From NCBI GenBank assembly GCA_963820525.1, contig CAWGAA010000001.1:576001-640000 (forward strand): 64,000 nt of DNA, written 5' to 3'. Each line of letters starts with the position of its first letter. Within the stretch, counting starts at the first letter, position 1. Positions 39,405 to 50,859 of this stretch are shown here, in pieces. Both the position numbers and the translations under genes were made by a program. This DNA comes from an uncultured Spirochaetota bacterium. Lineage in GTDB: Bacteria > Spirochaetota > Spirochaetia > SZUA-6 > Fen-1364. The notes below the pieces were generated by a model that ran no database searches, was not told the DNA's origin, and worked only from the letters and a program-made list of their open reading frames with translations.

Positions 39405-40737
39405 TCTCCAGCTCTTCTTCCGGTATCTCGACTCCCGCGATCAGGCCTGCCGCCTTCAGCGTATCGGAGATCGGGGCCTTCTCCTGGATCCTCTGCACGA
39501 GGAACTTCTCTATCTCCGGCATCTTGTCTATCGACTGGTCGATCTCGGCGTTGGAGCCCTTCACGTAGGCCCCTACGCTGATCAGGTCTTCGGCCCCCGC
39601 GTATGTCGCGAGCATCCGCTTGATGTATCCGCTCGCCTCCTGGGTCCGGGGGCCGGTCACCGCAATGGCGAGCCGCGAGATGGACTGCATCACGTCCACG
39701 GCGGGATAGTGGTTGCGCGCGGCGAGCCTTCGGGCCAGGACGATGTGCCCGTCCAGGATTCCCCGGACGTTGTCGGAGACGGGGTCGTCGATATCGTCGC
39801 CCTCGACGAGGATCGTGTAGAAGCCGGTGATGCTCCCCCGCTCGGAGGTGCCGCTGCGCTCCAGCAGCTTGGGGAGGAGCGAAAACACGGAAGGCGTGAA
39901 GCCCCGGTTCGCCGGCGGCTCCCCGATCGCCAGCCCGATCTCACGCTGGGCGCGGGCGAAGCGCGTCACGGAATCGAAGAGGAGCATCACGTCCTTGCCC
40001 TGGTCCCGGAAGTATTCGGCAATGGCGGTGGCCACGTATGCCCCGCGGATCCTCGCCAGGGGAGGCTTGTTGGAGGATGAGACCACGATCACGGAACGCG
40101 CCAGGCCCTCGGGTCCCAGGTCGTTCTCGATGAACTCCCGCACCTCGCGTCCGCGCTCTCCGATGAGCGCGATGACGTTCACGTCCGCGGACGTGTTCCT
40201 GGCGATCATCCCCAGGACAGTGGATTTGCCCACTCCGCTTCCGGAAAAGATTCCCACCCTCTGGCCCTTGCCCACCGTCAAAAGCGCGTCGATGGAGCGG
40301 ATGCCGGTGGCGATCTTCTCCGTGATTCGCTTTCGTCGAAGCACGTCCGGGGGAACATTGACGGCCGGGTACCAGAGCTCCGAGCCCACGTCTCCCTTTC
40401 CGTCCATGGGCTTTCCCATGGAATCGAGGGCCCTGCCCAGGAGCCTGTCCGATACGGGGACGCTCAAGGTCTCCCCCATTGCGATAACGATGTTTCCGAC
40501 CTCGATCCCTTCCATCTCGTCGTAGGGCATGAGCTGGGCGGTCTTTCCATGCAGCCCCACCACCTCCGCCCACACGACTCCCCGTCCCTTGGGAACCAGG
40601 ATCTGGCACAGCTCGCCCACCACCGCGGCGGGACCGTGGCTCTCGATGAGCAGCCCCTGCACCCTCTCCACGACGCCCGTATACTTGATGGGGTCGAGGC
40701 TTTCCAGCCGCGCCGAGTACTTGTCGAACACTCCCAT
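39379..40737 (-). CDS. fliI: Flagellum-specific ATPase FliI
   Basis: GSGVGKST, IGERGREV, DSVTRFARAQRE, LDGHIVL. Confidence 0.97.
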   Translation of the reverse strand: MGVFDKYSARLESLDPIKYTGVVERVQGLLIESHGPAAVVGELCQILVPKGRGVVWAEVVGLHGKTAQLMPYDEMEGIEVGNIVIAMGETLSVPVSDRLLGRALDSMGKPMDGKGDVGSELWYPAVNVPPDVLRRKRITEKIATGIRSIDALLTVGKGQRVGIFSGSGVGKSTVLGMIARNTSADVNVIALIGERGREVREFIENDLGPEGLARSVIVVSSSNKPPLARIRGAYVATAIAEYFRDQGKDVMLLFDSVTRFARAQREIGLAIGEPPANRGFTPSVFSLLPKLLERSGTSERGSITGFYTILVEGDDIDDPVSDNVRGILDGHIVLARRLAARNHYPAVDVMQSISRLAIAVTGPRTQEASGYIKRMLATYAGAEDLISVGAYVKGSNAEIDQSIDKMPEIEKFLVQRIQEKAPISDTLKAAGLIAGVEIPEEELENASVQLQA

Positions 40738-40740
40738 CGC

Positions 40741-41655
40741 CTATTCTCCCTTTGAGCGGATCGGCATGAGCTCCAGGATCTTCTCCTCGATCTCGTGGAG
40801 CTGGGAGGAGACGCGGGCGTCGATCTGCCCGAAGTCCGTCTCGATGATGCACCCGCCCTTGTCCACGGAGGAGTCCTCCAGGACCGTGATGGACTTCACG
40901 TTCTCCACCATCTTCATGAAGTCCTTCACGTGCTCCGAGGTGAGCTCCAGGTCGGCGAGGTTCACCCGAATGACCACATCTCCGCGGCTCTTGAGCTTGC
41001 GCAGGGCCTGGACCACGTTGTTGATGACCACGTTCTTCTGGTTCTCCGAGATGACCTTGATGACCTTTTTCACGATGAGGAGCACGAGGTTGATGATCTG
41101 GGTCTCCGACTCCTCGATGATTTCGTTTCTCTTCTCGATGGCCTTGGAGAGAATCGTGTGGAGGCGCTCGACCAGCCTCTCCACCTCGCCCTTGCCTTCC
41201 GCGTAGCCCTTTTCATGGCCCTCGGTGTATCCGCGCTCGTCGGCTTCCCGCTCGGTCTGCGTGACGCGCCCCTTGATGTCCGCCTCGAGCTCCGCCGCCT
41301 TCGCCTTGGCCTCCGCGATGATCTTCTGCCCCTCGTCCTCAGCGTCCTGGCGGATCTTTTGGGCCTGGTTGTTCTTCCGCCGCACCTCGTCGAAGGCGGC
41401 CCTCTCGGCCTCCTTCCTGATCTTCTCCGCTTCGGCGCGCGCCTCTTCGAGGAGCCGCGCCTTTTCCGCCTCCCAGCCCTTCTTGAAATCCTCCGCTTCC
41501 CTGCGGATCTCGTCCACCGTGGGCCCCGAGTAGGGGGTTTCCTCCACGGCGGCCACGATCGCCTCGGGCTCCTCGGCGGCGATGCGCGGCGGCTCGATGA
41601 AGATCTTCCGCGTGAGGTTCATGACCTCCTGGGGCTTGAACACGTTCTTGGCCAC
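40741..41655 (-). CDS. fliH: Flagellar assembly protein FliH
   Basis: GxxxG repeats (GYTEGHEKGYAEG), GGCIIETDFGQIDAR. Confidence 0.93.
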   Translation of the reverse strand: MAKNVFKPQEVMNLTRKIFIEPPRIAAEEPEAIVAAVEETPYSGPTVDEIRREAEDFKKGWEAEKARLLEEARAEAEKIRKEAERAAFDEVRRKNNQAQKIRQDAEDEGQKIIAEAKAKAAELEADIKGRVTQTEREADERGYTEGHEKGYAEGKGEVERLVERLHTILSKAIEKRNEIIEESETQIINLVLLIVKKVIKVISENQKNVVINNVVQALRKLKSRGDVVIRVNLADLELTSEHVKDFMKMVENVKSITVLEDSSVDKGGCIIETDFGQIDARVSSQLHEIEEKILELMPIRSKGE

Positions 41656-41753
41656 TACGATACTCTCCTGGTTCCCCAGGGCTCCCGGCGTCTCGCTTCG
41701 CTCCCGACGCCTGCCGCCCTGGGGCCCCTTCCGTGCATCGCTTCGCGCTGCAC

Positions 41754-42872
41754 TTAGACCACCAGCTCCTCTTCCCCGGCGCGCGCCACGACGATCTCTC
41801 CCTGCTCCTCGAGCTTCCGGATGATCGCCACGATTCTCTGCTGCGCCTCCTCCACGTCCTTCAGCCTGATGGGGCCCATATAGTCCATGTCCTCCTTGAG
41901 CAGGGTGGAGGCCCGCTTGGACATGTTCCTGAAGATCTTGTCCTGCACTTCCGAGTCCACGCTCTTCAAGGCCTTGGCCAGCTCCGCCGTGTCCACCTCT
42001 CGGAGGACCTTCTGGATGGCGCGGTCGTCCAGAAGCACAATATCCTCGAACACGAACATGCGCTTCTTGATCTCCTCGGCAAGCTCCGGATCGTCCTCCT
42101 CCAGGGATTCCACGATCGTCTTCTCCGTGGAGCGGTCCACCATGTTGAGGATCTCCACGATGCTCTCGACTCCTCCCGCCGCCGTATAGTCTTCGGAGGA
42201 GAGGGTGGAGAGCTTCTTCTCCAGAACACGCTCAACCTCGCGCAAAACCTCTGGTGACGTACGGTCCATCGTTGCGATTCGCTTGGCCACGTCGGACTGG
42301 ATCTCGTGGGGAAGGCTCCCCAGGATGATGGAGGCCTTCTGCGGCTCCAGGTAGGCCAGGATCAGCGCGATGGTCTGGGGGTGCTCCTGCTGGATGAAGT
42401 TCAACAGGTGCGCGGGATCGGTGCGGCGGATGAAGTCGAAGGGCCTCACCTGCAGGGAGCTTGTGAGGCGGTTGATGATATCCACCGCTTTCTGCGTGCC
42501 CAGGGACTTTTCCAGCAGCTCCCGTGCGTAGTCGATGCCGCCCGTGGAGATGAACTCCTGGGCCATCATCAGCTCGTGGAATTCCATCAGGACCTGGTCC
42601 CGATCCTGGGGCTCGATGCTCTCCAAGCGCGCGATCTCGAAGGTGAGCTGCTCGATCTCGTCCTCCCGAAGGTGCTTGAAGATCTCCGAGGCGATCTCGG
42701 ACCCCAGCGTCACCAGGAACACGGCGGCCTTCTGCCGGCCGGTAAGGGACTTCTTGTGTCCCGCTCCGCCCTTCTTGACCTGGGCCGCGGATGCCGCCTG
42801 CGCCGGGGCGGGCGCCGCCGCTTTTTCCTTTGCCGGCGCCGCTGCCGGGGCCGGTCTCGATTGCTTTGCCAT
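41754..42872 (-). CDS. fliG: Flagellar switch protein FliG
   Basis: KAAVFL, GGIDYA, EHPQTIA, MFVFED, NMSKRA. Confidence 0.97.
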   Translation of the reverse strand: MAKQSRPAPAAAPAKEKAAAPAPAQAASAAQVKKGGAGHKKSLTGRQKAAVFLVTLGSEIASEIFKHLREDEIEQLTFEIARLESIEPQDRDQVLMEFHELMMAQEFISTGGIDYARELLEKSLGTQKAVDIINRLTSSLQVRPFDFIRRTDPAHLLNFIQQEHPQTIALILAYLEPQKASIILGSLPHEIQSDVAKRIATMDRTSPEVLREVERVLEKKLSTLSSEDYTAAGGVESIVEILNMVDRSTEKTIVESLEEDDPELAEEIKKRMFVFEDIVLLDDRAIQKVLREVDTAELAKALKSVDSEVQDKIFRNMSKRASTLLKEDMDYMGPIRLKDVEEAQQRIVAIIRKLEEQGEIVVARAGEEELVV

Positions 42873-42875
42873 GTG

Positions 42876-44576
42876 CTACTCCTCCACGAGCCAGGTTCTG
42901 ATGAGCTGCGCCACGTCTTCGGGATGCTCTCGCGCCATGTTGACCGCGTTCTCCTGCATCTCCAGGCGCGCCCTGTCCTCCACGGACAACTCTACCTCCA
43001 CTCCCTGCTCCTCGGCCGTGCGGAGCGCCGCCTCGCGCATCGCCTGATGCTGGCGGGCCAGCTCCTCTTCGCGCAGCCGCCTCCTGCGCTCCCTCTCCTT
43101 GGCAATGAGCCTGTAGAGGAAGGCCAGAACGAGTATAGCACCGATGCCGATGAGAATGGAAATGACGGTGCGCCGCAGCCCCAGCTGCCTCCTGTACACC
43201 GAGTCTTCCTTCTCGAACTGGGAGCTCCTGTCGAACTTGAGGGACTGCACCTCCACAACGTCGCCGCGCTCCCTGCTGAACCCGATGCCTCCCTGGATCA
43301 GGGCCTTCGCCTTGGAGATGTCCTCGTCCGAGACAGCCACGTAGTCGCGCTTGATGCTGCCGTCGGGATTCAGGATCACCTGACCGTTCTTATCGTACTG
43401 CTCCTGCCAGATTCCGTCGAGAGCCACGCCGATGGTGATCCTGTTTATGCCCCACGGCCTCTTCTCTTCATTGGTGACCTTCTTGTTTATCTCGTTGTTG
43501 GTCGTGGTCTGTGACTTGTCGTACTTGCCCACCAGGTTCGAAAGGTCCTTGTAGGCCGGGGGCGTCTGTCCCTCCTGCCCCGGGGGCCCCTCGGGATTGA
43601 AGCCGGTGCCCTGGAAGTGCTCCTCCACGTTCTGGGTCGAGCGCGCGATCGAGGGGGCGTACTGCGCCTCGCCGAAGCGCGTCGCCGGCACCACGGCGAC
43701 GGGGGAGAACTCCTCCGCCGTGGAGGAGACCTTGCTCATGTCGAGGTCGATATCGATCTTGAGGATCTTCACGCGGTCCTGGCTGAAGATGTCCTTGAGG
43801 GAGTCGAGGATCTCGCTCTTGTACTTCTGCTCCAGCTGCTGCTTTGCCTTCAGCTCCCGCTCGGCCAGGTTCAACCTGTCCACCTGGGCCAGGCCGGCGA
43901 AGTCGTTGAGCTGGTTTCCGTTCTGGTCCGTGATGACGATGTTCTCGTCCTTCAAGCCGGCCACGGCGAGCTTGATCAGCCGTTGGATCCCTTCTATCTG
44001 TTTTCGGTTATTCGCGAGCTCCGAGCCCGGCTTGGGGGTGAGGATGACCGAGGCGGTGACGGGGTTCTGGTCCTCGCTGAACAGCTCCTGCTTGGGAACC
44101 ACGAGGGTGACGCTCACGTTGTCGACGTCGTCCAGGGCCAGGATGTGCTGTTCCAGCTGCTTGGTAATGGCGCGTTGGAGGTTCACGTCGCGCTCGAAAT
44201 CCGTGGTGGTCCAGCGCTCCACGTCGAAGATCGCCCAGGGATCCGTGCCCTTGGGGATCAGGTCCTCCTCGGTGAGGATCATGCGCACGTGCCGCGCCGT
44301 CTTCTCGTCGGCGACGTAGAAGACGTTATCGGAGCGAAGCTCGTACTTGATGGCGAGCTCTTCGAGCTTCGAGCTGATGCGAAGCCGGGCATCCTCGGCC
44401 GCGACGGGCGCGGAGATGACCGGAACCATGCTGGGCGTCGCGCTGAAGGTGAACAGCAGGATGACGGCGAGGACCGCCGCTCCAATGACGGAGAAAAAGA
44501 TTATCTTCTGGGTGATGTTCCACTTGGCCCACAGGCCCCTGGCTTGATCACGGAGCCTCTTCAACCACTCGTTCAT
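42876..44576 (-). CDS. fliF: MS-ring protein FliF
   Basis: Two TMs, WAIFD...TDFER, ASVILT, C-terminal PEDVAQLIRTWL. Confidence 0.95.
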   Translation of the reverse strand: MNEWLKRLRDQARGLWAKWNITQKIIFFSVIGAAVLAVILLFTFSATPSMVPVISAPVAAEDARLRISSKLEELAIKYELRSDNVFYVADEKTARHVRMILTEEDLIPKGTDPWAIFDVERWTTTDFERDVNLQRAITKQLEQHILALDDVDNVSVTLVVPKQELFSEDQNPVTASVILTPKPGSELANNRKQIEGIQRLIKLAVAGLKDENIVITDQNGNQLNDFAGLAQVDRLNLAERELKAKQQLEQKYKSEILDSLKDIFSQDRVKILKIDIDLDMSKVSSTAEEFSPVAVVPATRFGEAQYAPSIARSTQNVEEHFQGTGFNPEGPPGQEGQTPPAYKDLSNLVGKYDKSQTTTNNEINKKVTNEEKRPWGINRITIGVALDGIWQEQYDKNGQVILNPDGSIKRDYVAVSDEDISKAKALIQGGIGFSRERGDVVEVQSLKFDRSSQFEKEDSVYRRQLGLRRTVISILIGIGAILVLAFLYRLIAKERERRRRLREEELARQHQAMREAALRTAEEQGVEVELSVEDRARLEMQENAVNMAREHPEDVAQLIRTWLVEE

Positions 44577-44650
44577 GTCCCCTCCCTTTCATGAAGAACG
44601 TCATCCCCGCGGCGAGCGCCCCAGTTTGCGCGCACCGCGGGCTCGATTCC

Positions 44651-44989
44651 TTATCTCACGTTGATGATCTCCCGGTACGCGGCCAGCGCGCGGTCGACGA
44701 TCGCCTTGGTCATCGAGATGGCGAGGTTCGCCTCTGCCAGCGCGATCGTCACGTCGTGCACGTCCACCGATTCCGGGTCCGTGATCATCTTCTGGGTGAG
44801 CTCCATGCCTTTTCGCTGGCTGTCGTTCACCCCGTTCAGCGCGTTTAAAAGAAGGTCCCCGAAGGCCGCTTCTGTTTTTCCCGCCTCGGAGGCCTTGCCG
44901 CTCTCCCCAATGCCCGCGATGTGGTTGGGGTTCGTGCGGGCCAGCTTCACAACGTCTCCGTATGCCTGCGCGGGGCTCAAAAGCTGCAT
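44651..44989 (-). CDS. fliE: Hook-basal body protein FliE
   Basis: DVHDVTIA...AYREII; synteny. Confidence 0.92.
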   Translation of the reverse strand: MQLLSPAQAYGDVVKLARTNPNHIAGIGESGKASEAGKTEAAFGDLLLNALNGVNDSQRKGMELTQKMITDPESVDVHDVTIALAEANLAISMTKAIVDRALAAYREIINVR

Positions 44990-44992
44990 CGC

Positions 44993-45451
44993 TTACCTCC
45001 CGATCTCGAGGGCCTTGAGGAACATGGCCTTGGTTCCGTTGATCACCGCGGAGTTCGCCTCGTAGGAGCGGGATGCGGCGATCATGTCCACCATCTCGTT
45101 GACGATATTGACGTTGGGAAACTCCACGTAGCCGGCCCGGGGCCCGCTCTTGATGGCGTCGGGGTGGGTGGGATCGTAGACCAAGCGCGGCTGGGCCGCG
45201 TAATCCTTCTCGATCCTGGACACCCGCACCCCCTTTCCCACCTCATCCTGAAGGTAGGTGGGAAGAATCGGGCTCCTCCAGTAGGGCTCGGAGACCCGCG
45301 GCCGGAAGATCACGCGGCTTCTGCGGAAGGGTCCCCCCTCCGTTGTGCGCGTGGTGGTGGCGTTGGCGATATTGTCCGCGATGACATCGAGGCGGAGCTT
45401 CTCCGCAGTGAGGCCGGACCCCGCGGTATTTATGCTCGTGAAAATCCCCAT
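44993..45451 (-). CDS. flgC: Basal-body rod protein FlgC
   Basis: NIANATT, YDPTHPDA, PNVNIVNEMVDMI..SRSYEAN. Confidence 0.97.
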   Translation of the reverse strand: MGIFTSINTAGSGLTAEKLRLDVIADNIANATTTRTTEGGPFRRSRVIFRPRVSEPYWRSPILPTYLQDEVGKGVRVSRIEKDYAAQPRLVYDPTHPDAIKSGPRAGYVEFPNVNIVNEMVDMIAASRSYEANSAVINGTKAMFLKALEIGR

Positions 45452-45462
45452 CGCTCCTCCCT

Positions 45463-45879
45463 TTACCTCAGCACGATGTTGACGCGCTGGATCTCGCTGG
45501 AGATCGTCTGGGCCAGGGTGGTATAGAGGAGCTGGTTGGTGAGCGAGTCCATGCCCTCCTCCTCCATGTCCACGTTGTTTCCGTTGTTCTTGCTCTCGGA
45601 GAGGTAATCCAGCACTCTCCGCGGGGCAACGCCCCTGTAGTCAATGGGCCTGTCGAAGGGGATGTGGCGGGGATCCGTGATAACTTGCGGAAACGGTACG
45701 ATTTTCTCGGAATCGAGCGCCCGCTTGAGCTGGCTCTCGAAGTTCACCACGCTGCGCTTGAAATTGGGAGTGTCGGCGTTGGCGATGTTGTTGGCGATGA
45801 CGTTTCTGCGCATCACGGCCACGTCCATCTCCCGCGTGATGATGTCGAGGTTCCTGCCGAAAGCCCCTCCAAATATCAT
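45463..45879 (-). CDS. flgB: Basal-body rod protein FlgB
   Basis: IANNIANADTPNFK, NGNNVDMEEE. Confidence 0.96.
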   Translation of the reverse strand: MIFGGAFGRNLDIITREMDVAVMRRNVIANNIANADTPNFKRSVVNFESQLKRALDSEKIVPFPQVITDPRHIPFDRPIDYRGVAPRRVLDYLSESKNNGNNVDMEEEGMDSLTNQLLYTTLAQTISSEIQRVNIVLR

Positions 45880-45900
45880 GTTCTCGTACCCCTCTCCTGA

Positions 45901-45923
45901 TTCTCGGCCTGTTTTCCCCGCCT

Positions 45924-45928
<5 letters not shown>
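45901..45928 (-). promoter_or_regulatory. sigma28-type promoter of flgB
   Basis: TATA-16bp-GCCGAGAA, followed by an AGGAG/GAGGGG SD region. Confidence 0.6.
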
Positions 45929-47326
<1,398 letters not shown>

Positions 47327-47330
<4 letters not shown>

Positions 47331-47869
47331 GAAAGCTCCTCCACGAGGATCTCGCTGTTCGTATAGATGCAGATCTCCGATGCGATCTTCAGGGAGCGCT
47401 CGGCGATCTCCCGCGCGGAAAGCTCCGAGGAATCCAGATAGGCCCGGGCCGCGGCGTAGGCGAAGCTTCCCCCCGAGCCGATCGCGATCACTCCCTGCTC
47501 GGGCTCGATCACGTCGCCGGTGCCGGAAATGAGGAAGGTGCTCTTCTTGTCCGACACCAGGAGCATCGCCTCCAGCCTTCGCAGTATCCTGTCCGTCCTC
47601 CAGTCCTTGGCCAGCTCCACGGCCGCGCGCGTGATGTCCCCCCCGTATTCCTTCACCTTGCCCTCGAAGCGTTCGAAAAGGGTGAATGCGTCCGCCGTTG
47701 TCCCGGCGAAGCCCACGAGGATCCTGCCGTCGTAGATCTTCCTGACCTTTCTGGCGTTGGCCTTCATGACCGTGTTTCCTATGGTGACCTGGCCGTCTCC
47801 GGCAATGGCCACCTTGTCGCCGCGGCGCACCGCGATGATCGTGGTCCCGCGAATCCTGTCACTGCGCAT
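47327..47869 (-). CDS. hslV: HslVU protease peptidase subunit
   Basis: [27 protein letters not shown]. Confidence 0.97.
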
Positions 47870-48764
47870 GGGGGTGCGCCCTCCTGTAGACCTTTTTCAG
47901 ACGTTCCAGCCCCACGTGGGTGTAGACCTGGGTGGTCGAGAGGCTGGCATGCCCCAGAAGCTCCTGCACGGCGCGGATGTCGGCCCCCCGGTCCAGGAGG
48001 TGCGTTGCAAAGGAGTGGCGGAAGGTGTGGGGCGTGACGCGCTTGCCCAGGTTTGCCCCGGCCAGGTAGGAGCTGAGGATGAAGCGCACGCCCCGGTCCG
48101 TGAGGCGCGTGCCCTTGGCGTTTATGAAAAGGGCCTTCTCGGAATCTTGATCGTGCGCCGCGCGATACGCGCGCCTCTCGAGGTACTGGCGAAGCGCCGA
48201 CAGGGCTTCCCGGCCGATGAACACGATCCGCTCCTTGGACCCCTTGCCCATCACCCGCGCCGTCCTGTCCTTAAGGTTCACGTCGGTGAGGTCCAGCGAC
48301 ACCAGCTCGCTGATCCTGCACCCCGTGGAATAGAGAAGCTCGAGCACCGCCCTGTCCCGCAGGCAGAGCAGCGCGTCGTCCCCCTCTTTGATCGCGCGGG
48401 CCGGAAGCTCCAAAAGCCGCGCCATCTCCTCCTCGAAGAGGAACGAGGGCAGCTTTTTCTCGGTCCTGAGGCTCTTGATGTCCGCGAAAGGGTTGGCGGC
48501 GACGCTTCCGAAGCGCTCCTTGAAGCGGTAGTAGCCGCGAACGCCGCAGACGATCCTGTTGACGGAGCGGGCCGAGAGCCCTTCCCCCGCCAGCATGCCG
48601 ACGAAGGCACGGGCGTCGGTAAGGCCGGCATCGTCCTCGGCGACGCCGCGCTCCGCCAGGAAGAGCGCATAGCGGTCCAGGCCCCGCCGGTAGGAAGCGA
48701 GTGTGTTCGCGGAGAGGTTCCGCACCGATGCGAGGTAGCCGATGTAATCCTCAGGCGCTTTGAT
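47859..48764 (-). CDS. xerC: Tyrosine recombinase XerC (start probably the ATC at 48764; first canonical start is GTG 48725)
   Basis: [31 protein letters not shown]; topA-xerC-hslVU synteny. Confidence 0.88.
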   Translation of the reverse strand: MKAPEDYIGYLASVRNLSANTLASYRRGLDRYALFLAERGVAEDDAGLTDARAFVGMLAGEGLSARSVNRIVCGVRGYYRFKERFGSVAANPFADIKSLRTEKKLPSFLFEEEMARLLELPARAIKEGDDALLCLRDRAVLELLYSTGCRISELVSLDLTDVNLKDRTARVMGKGSKERIVFIGREALSALRQYLERRAYRAAHDQDSEKALFINAKGTRLTDRGVRFILSSYLAGANLGKRVTPHTFRHSFATHLLDRGADIRAVQELLGHASLSTTQVYTHVGLERLKKVYRRAHPHAQ

Positions 48765-50859
48765 CGTCCGCCTCCTTGGTATGAAGGTAGTCGCACTCCG
48801 GATTGATGCATGACTTGTAGGTGCCCCGCTGCTTGTCTTCCTTCTCCACGAGGAAGTATCCGCACTTCGGGCACTTGGTGTCCGTGGGCGGAAAGTACGT
48901 GACGAAGTCGCAGGCGGGGTAGTTGCTGCACCCGTAGAACTCCCGGCCCCTTCCCTTCTTTCGCTTTCGCGCGACTATCTGCCCGCCGCATCCGGGGCGC
49001 GGGCAGGCGGCGAGCGGAACGGGCTTGGTGTTCTTGCACTCGGGGAACCCCGTGCAGGCGATGAAGAAGCCGTACCGGCCCAGCTTCTTCACCATGGGCC
49101 GGCCGCAGACCTCGCAGACAATGTCGGTCTTCTCGTCCATGACGCCCTTCACGGATTCGAGGGTCTCCGTCACGGTGGCCATCTTTTCCTTGAAGGGGCC
49201 GTAGAACTCCCCGATCATCTGCCTCCACTCCAGCTTCCCCTCCTCCACCTCGTCCAGCTCCTCCTCCATTGCGGCCGTGAAGCCCGGATCCAGGAGCTCG
49301 GGGAAGGAGCGGGTGAGAAGGTCGTTGATGATCCGGCCCAGGACCGTCGGGATGAGCTGCCGGCTCTTCCTGACCACGTAGAAACGGTCCAGGAGCACCG
49401 AGATGATGGGAGCGTACGTGGATGGCCTGCCGATCCCCTTCTCCTCCAGGGTCTTCACGATGGTGGCGTCCGTGTAGCGGGGAGGGCCCGAGGTGAAGTG
49501 CTGCTCGGGATGGAACTTCACGCATAAAAGCTTCTCTCCCACTTCGAGAGACGGCAGGGCCTTGGTCTTTTCCTTTGAGGCGAGAAGCGAGAGGGCCTTC
49601 TGGAAGCCCTTCTCGGCCACTCGAGTGCTTGAGGCGCGGAAAATGGAATCCCCCGCCGCGATGTCGACCGTGGTTGTGATGGTCCGCGCCGGGGTCATCT
49701 GGGATGAAACGAAGCGTTCCCAGATGATCGAGTAGAGCTTGAACTGCTCCGGGGTGAGATCCTTCTTGATCTGCGCGGGGGTGAGCTTCACGTACGTGGG
49801 CCGGATGGCCTCGTGGGCGTCCTGCGCCCCCTTGCCGGCGGCGTAGACGTTGGCAGATTCGGGAAGCTCGGCCGGGAAGCTCTCGCCGATGAACTCCCTC
49901 ACCTCGCCGAGCGCGGTGTCGGAGACGCGGGTGGAGTCCGTGCGCATGTAGGTGATGAGTCCCAGCCTTTCGGAGCCGATGTTGACCCCTTCATAGAGGC
50001 TCTGCGCGATCTGCATTGTCTTTCGCGCCGTGAAGCCGAACCTGTTGGCCGCCGTCTGCTGGAGAGTCGACGTGGTGAAGGGAGGCCGCGGGCGAAGCAG
50101 CTTCTCGATCTCTTTGAGATCCGAGACGATGAACGCGGCGTGCTTGACGGCCTCCATGCAGGCGAGGGTCTTCTCCTCGTTGGACAGGTCCGGCTTCTCG
50201 CCCTTGACGGAGACCAGTTGGGCGCGGAAGGTATGCTTCGCTCCGCCCTTCAGCTCCGCCTCCAGGGTCCAGTACTCCTCGGGAACGAACCCCTCGATCT
50301 CTTTTTCCCTCTCGCAGATCAGCCGCAGGGCGACGGATTGGACGCGTCCGGCGGACAGGCCGTTTTTCACCTTCTTCCACAGCAGGGGCGAGAGGTAATA
50401 CCCCACGATCCTGTCCAGAATGCGGCGTGCCTTCTGGGCGTTCACCTTGGCCATGTCGATCGTGCCGGGGTTCGCCACGGCGTCCCGGATGGCCTTGGGC
50501 GTGATCTCGTTGAATGTGATGCGCTGGATGTCCACGGGAGAGCCGTTCGCCTGGAGGGCGTTTCTGAGGTGGAAGGAGATGGCCTCCCCTTCACGGTCGT
50601 TATCGGAGGCCAGAAGGATCCGGTCCACCTTCTTCGCCTTCTGCTTCAGCTCCTTGAGGATCTTCGCCTTGCCTCTCACCGTTATGTATTCCGGTTCGAA
50701 GGAGTTGTCCACGTCTATTGCGAGGCGCGATTTGGGAAGGTCAATCAGGTGGCCCATGGAGGCGGCAACGGTGAATCCCTTGCCGAGGTATTTCTCGATT
50801 GTCTTTCCCTTGGCGGGCGACTCCACGATCAAAAGCACGCTGCTCTTCTTCTCTGCCAT
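48751..50859 (-). CDS. topA: DNA topoisomerase I
   Basis: IVESPAK, DNDREGE, SAGRVQS, ITYMRTDS, C-terminal Cys zinc ribbons. Confidence 0.98.
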   Translation of the reverse strand: MAEKKSSVLLIVESPAKGKTIEKYLGKGFTVAASMGHLIDLPKSRLAIDVDNSFEPEYITVRGKAKILKELKQKAKKVDRILLASDNDREGEAISFHLRNALQANGSPVDIQRITFNEITPKAIRDAVANPGTIDMAKVNAQKARRILDRIVGYYLSPLLWKKVKNGLSAGRVQSVALRLICEREKEIEGFVPEEYWTLEAELKGGAKHTFRAQLVSVKGEKPDLSNEEKTLACMEAVKHAAFIVSDLKEIEKLLRPRPPFTTSTLQQTAANRFGFTARKTMQIAQSLYEGVNIGSERLGLITYMRTDSTRVSDTALGEVREFIGESFPAELPESANVYAAGKGAQDAHEAIRPTYVKLTPAQIKKDLTPEQFKLYSIIWERFVSSQMTPARTITTTVDIAAGDSIFRASSTRVAEKGFQKALSLLASKEKTKALPSLEVGEKLLCVKFHPEQHFTSGPPRYTDATIVKTLEEKGIGRPSTYAPIISVLLDRFYVVRKSRQLIPTVLGRIINDLLTRSFPELLDPGFTAAMEEELDEVEEGKLEWRQMIGEFYGPFKEKMATVTETLESVKGVMDEKTDIVCEVCGRPMVKKLGRYGFFIACTGFPECKNTKPVPLAACPRPGCGGQIVARKRKKGRGREFYGCSNYPACDFVTYFPPTDTKCPKCGYFLVEKEDKQRGTYKSCINPECDYLHTKEADDQSA

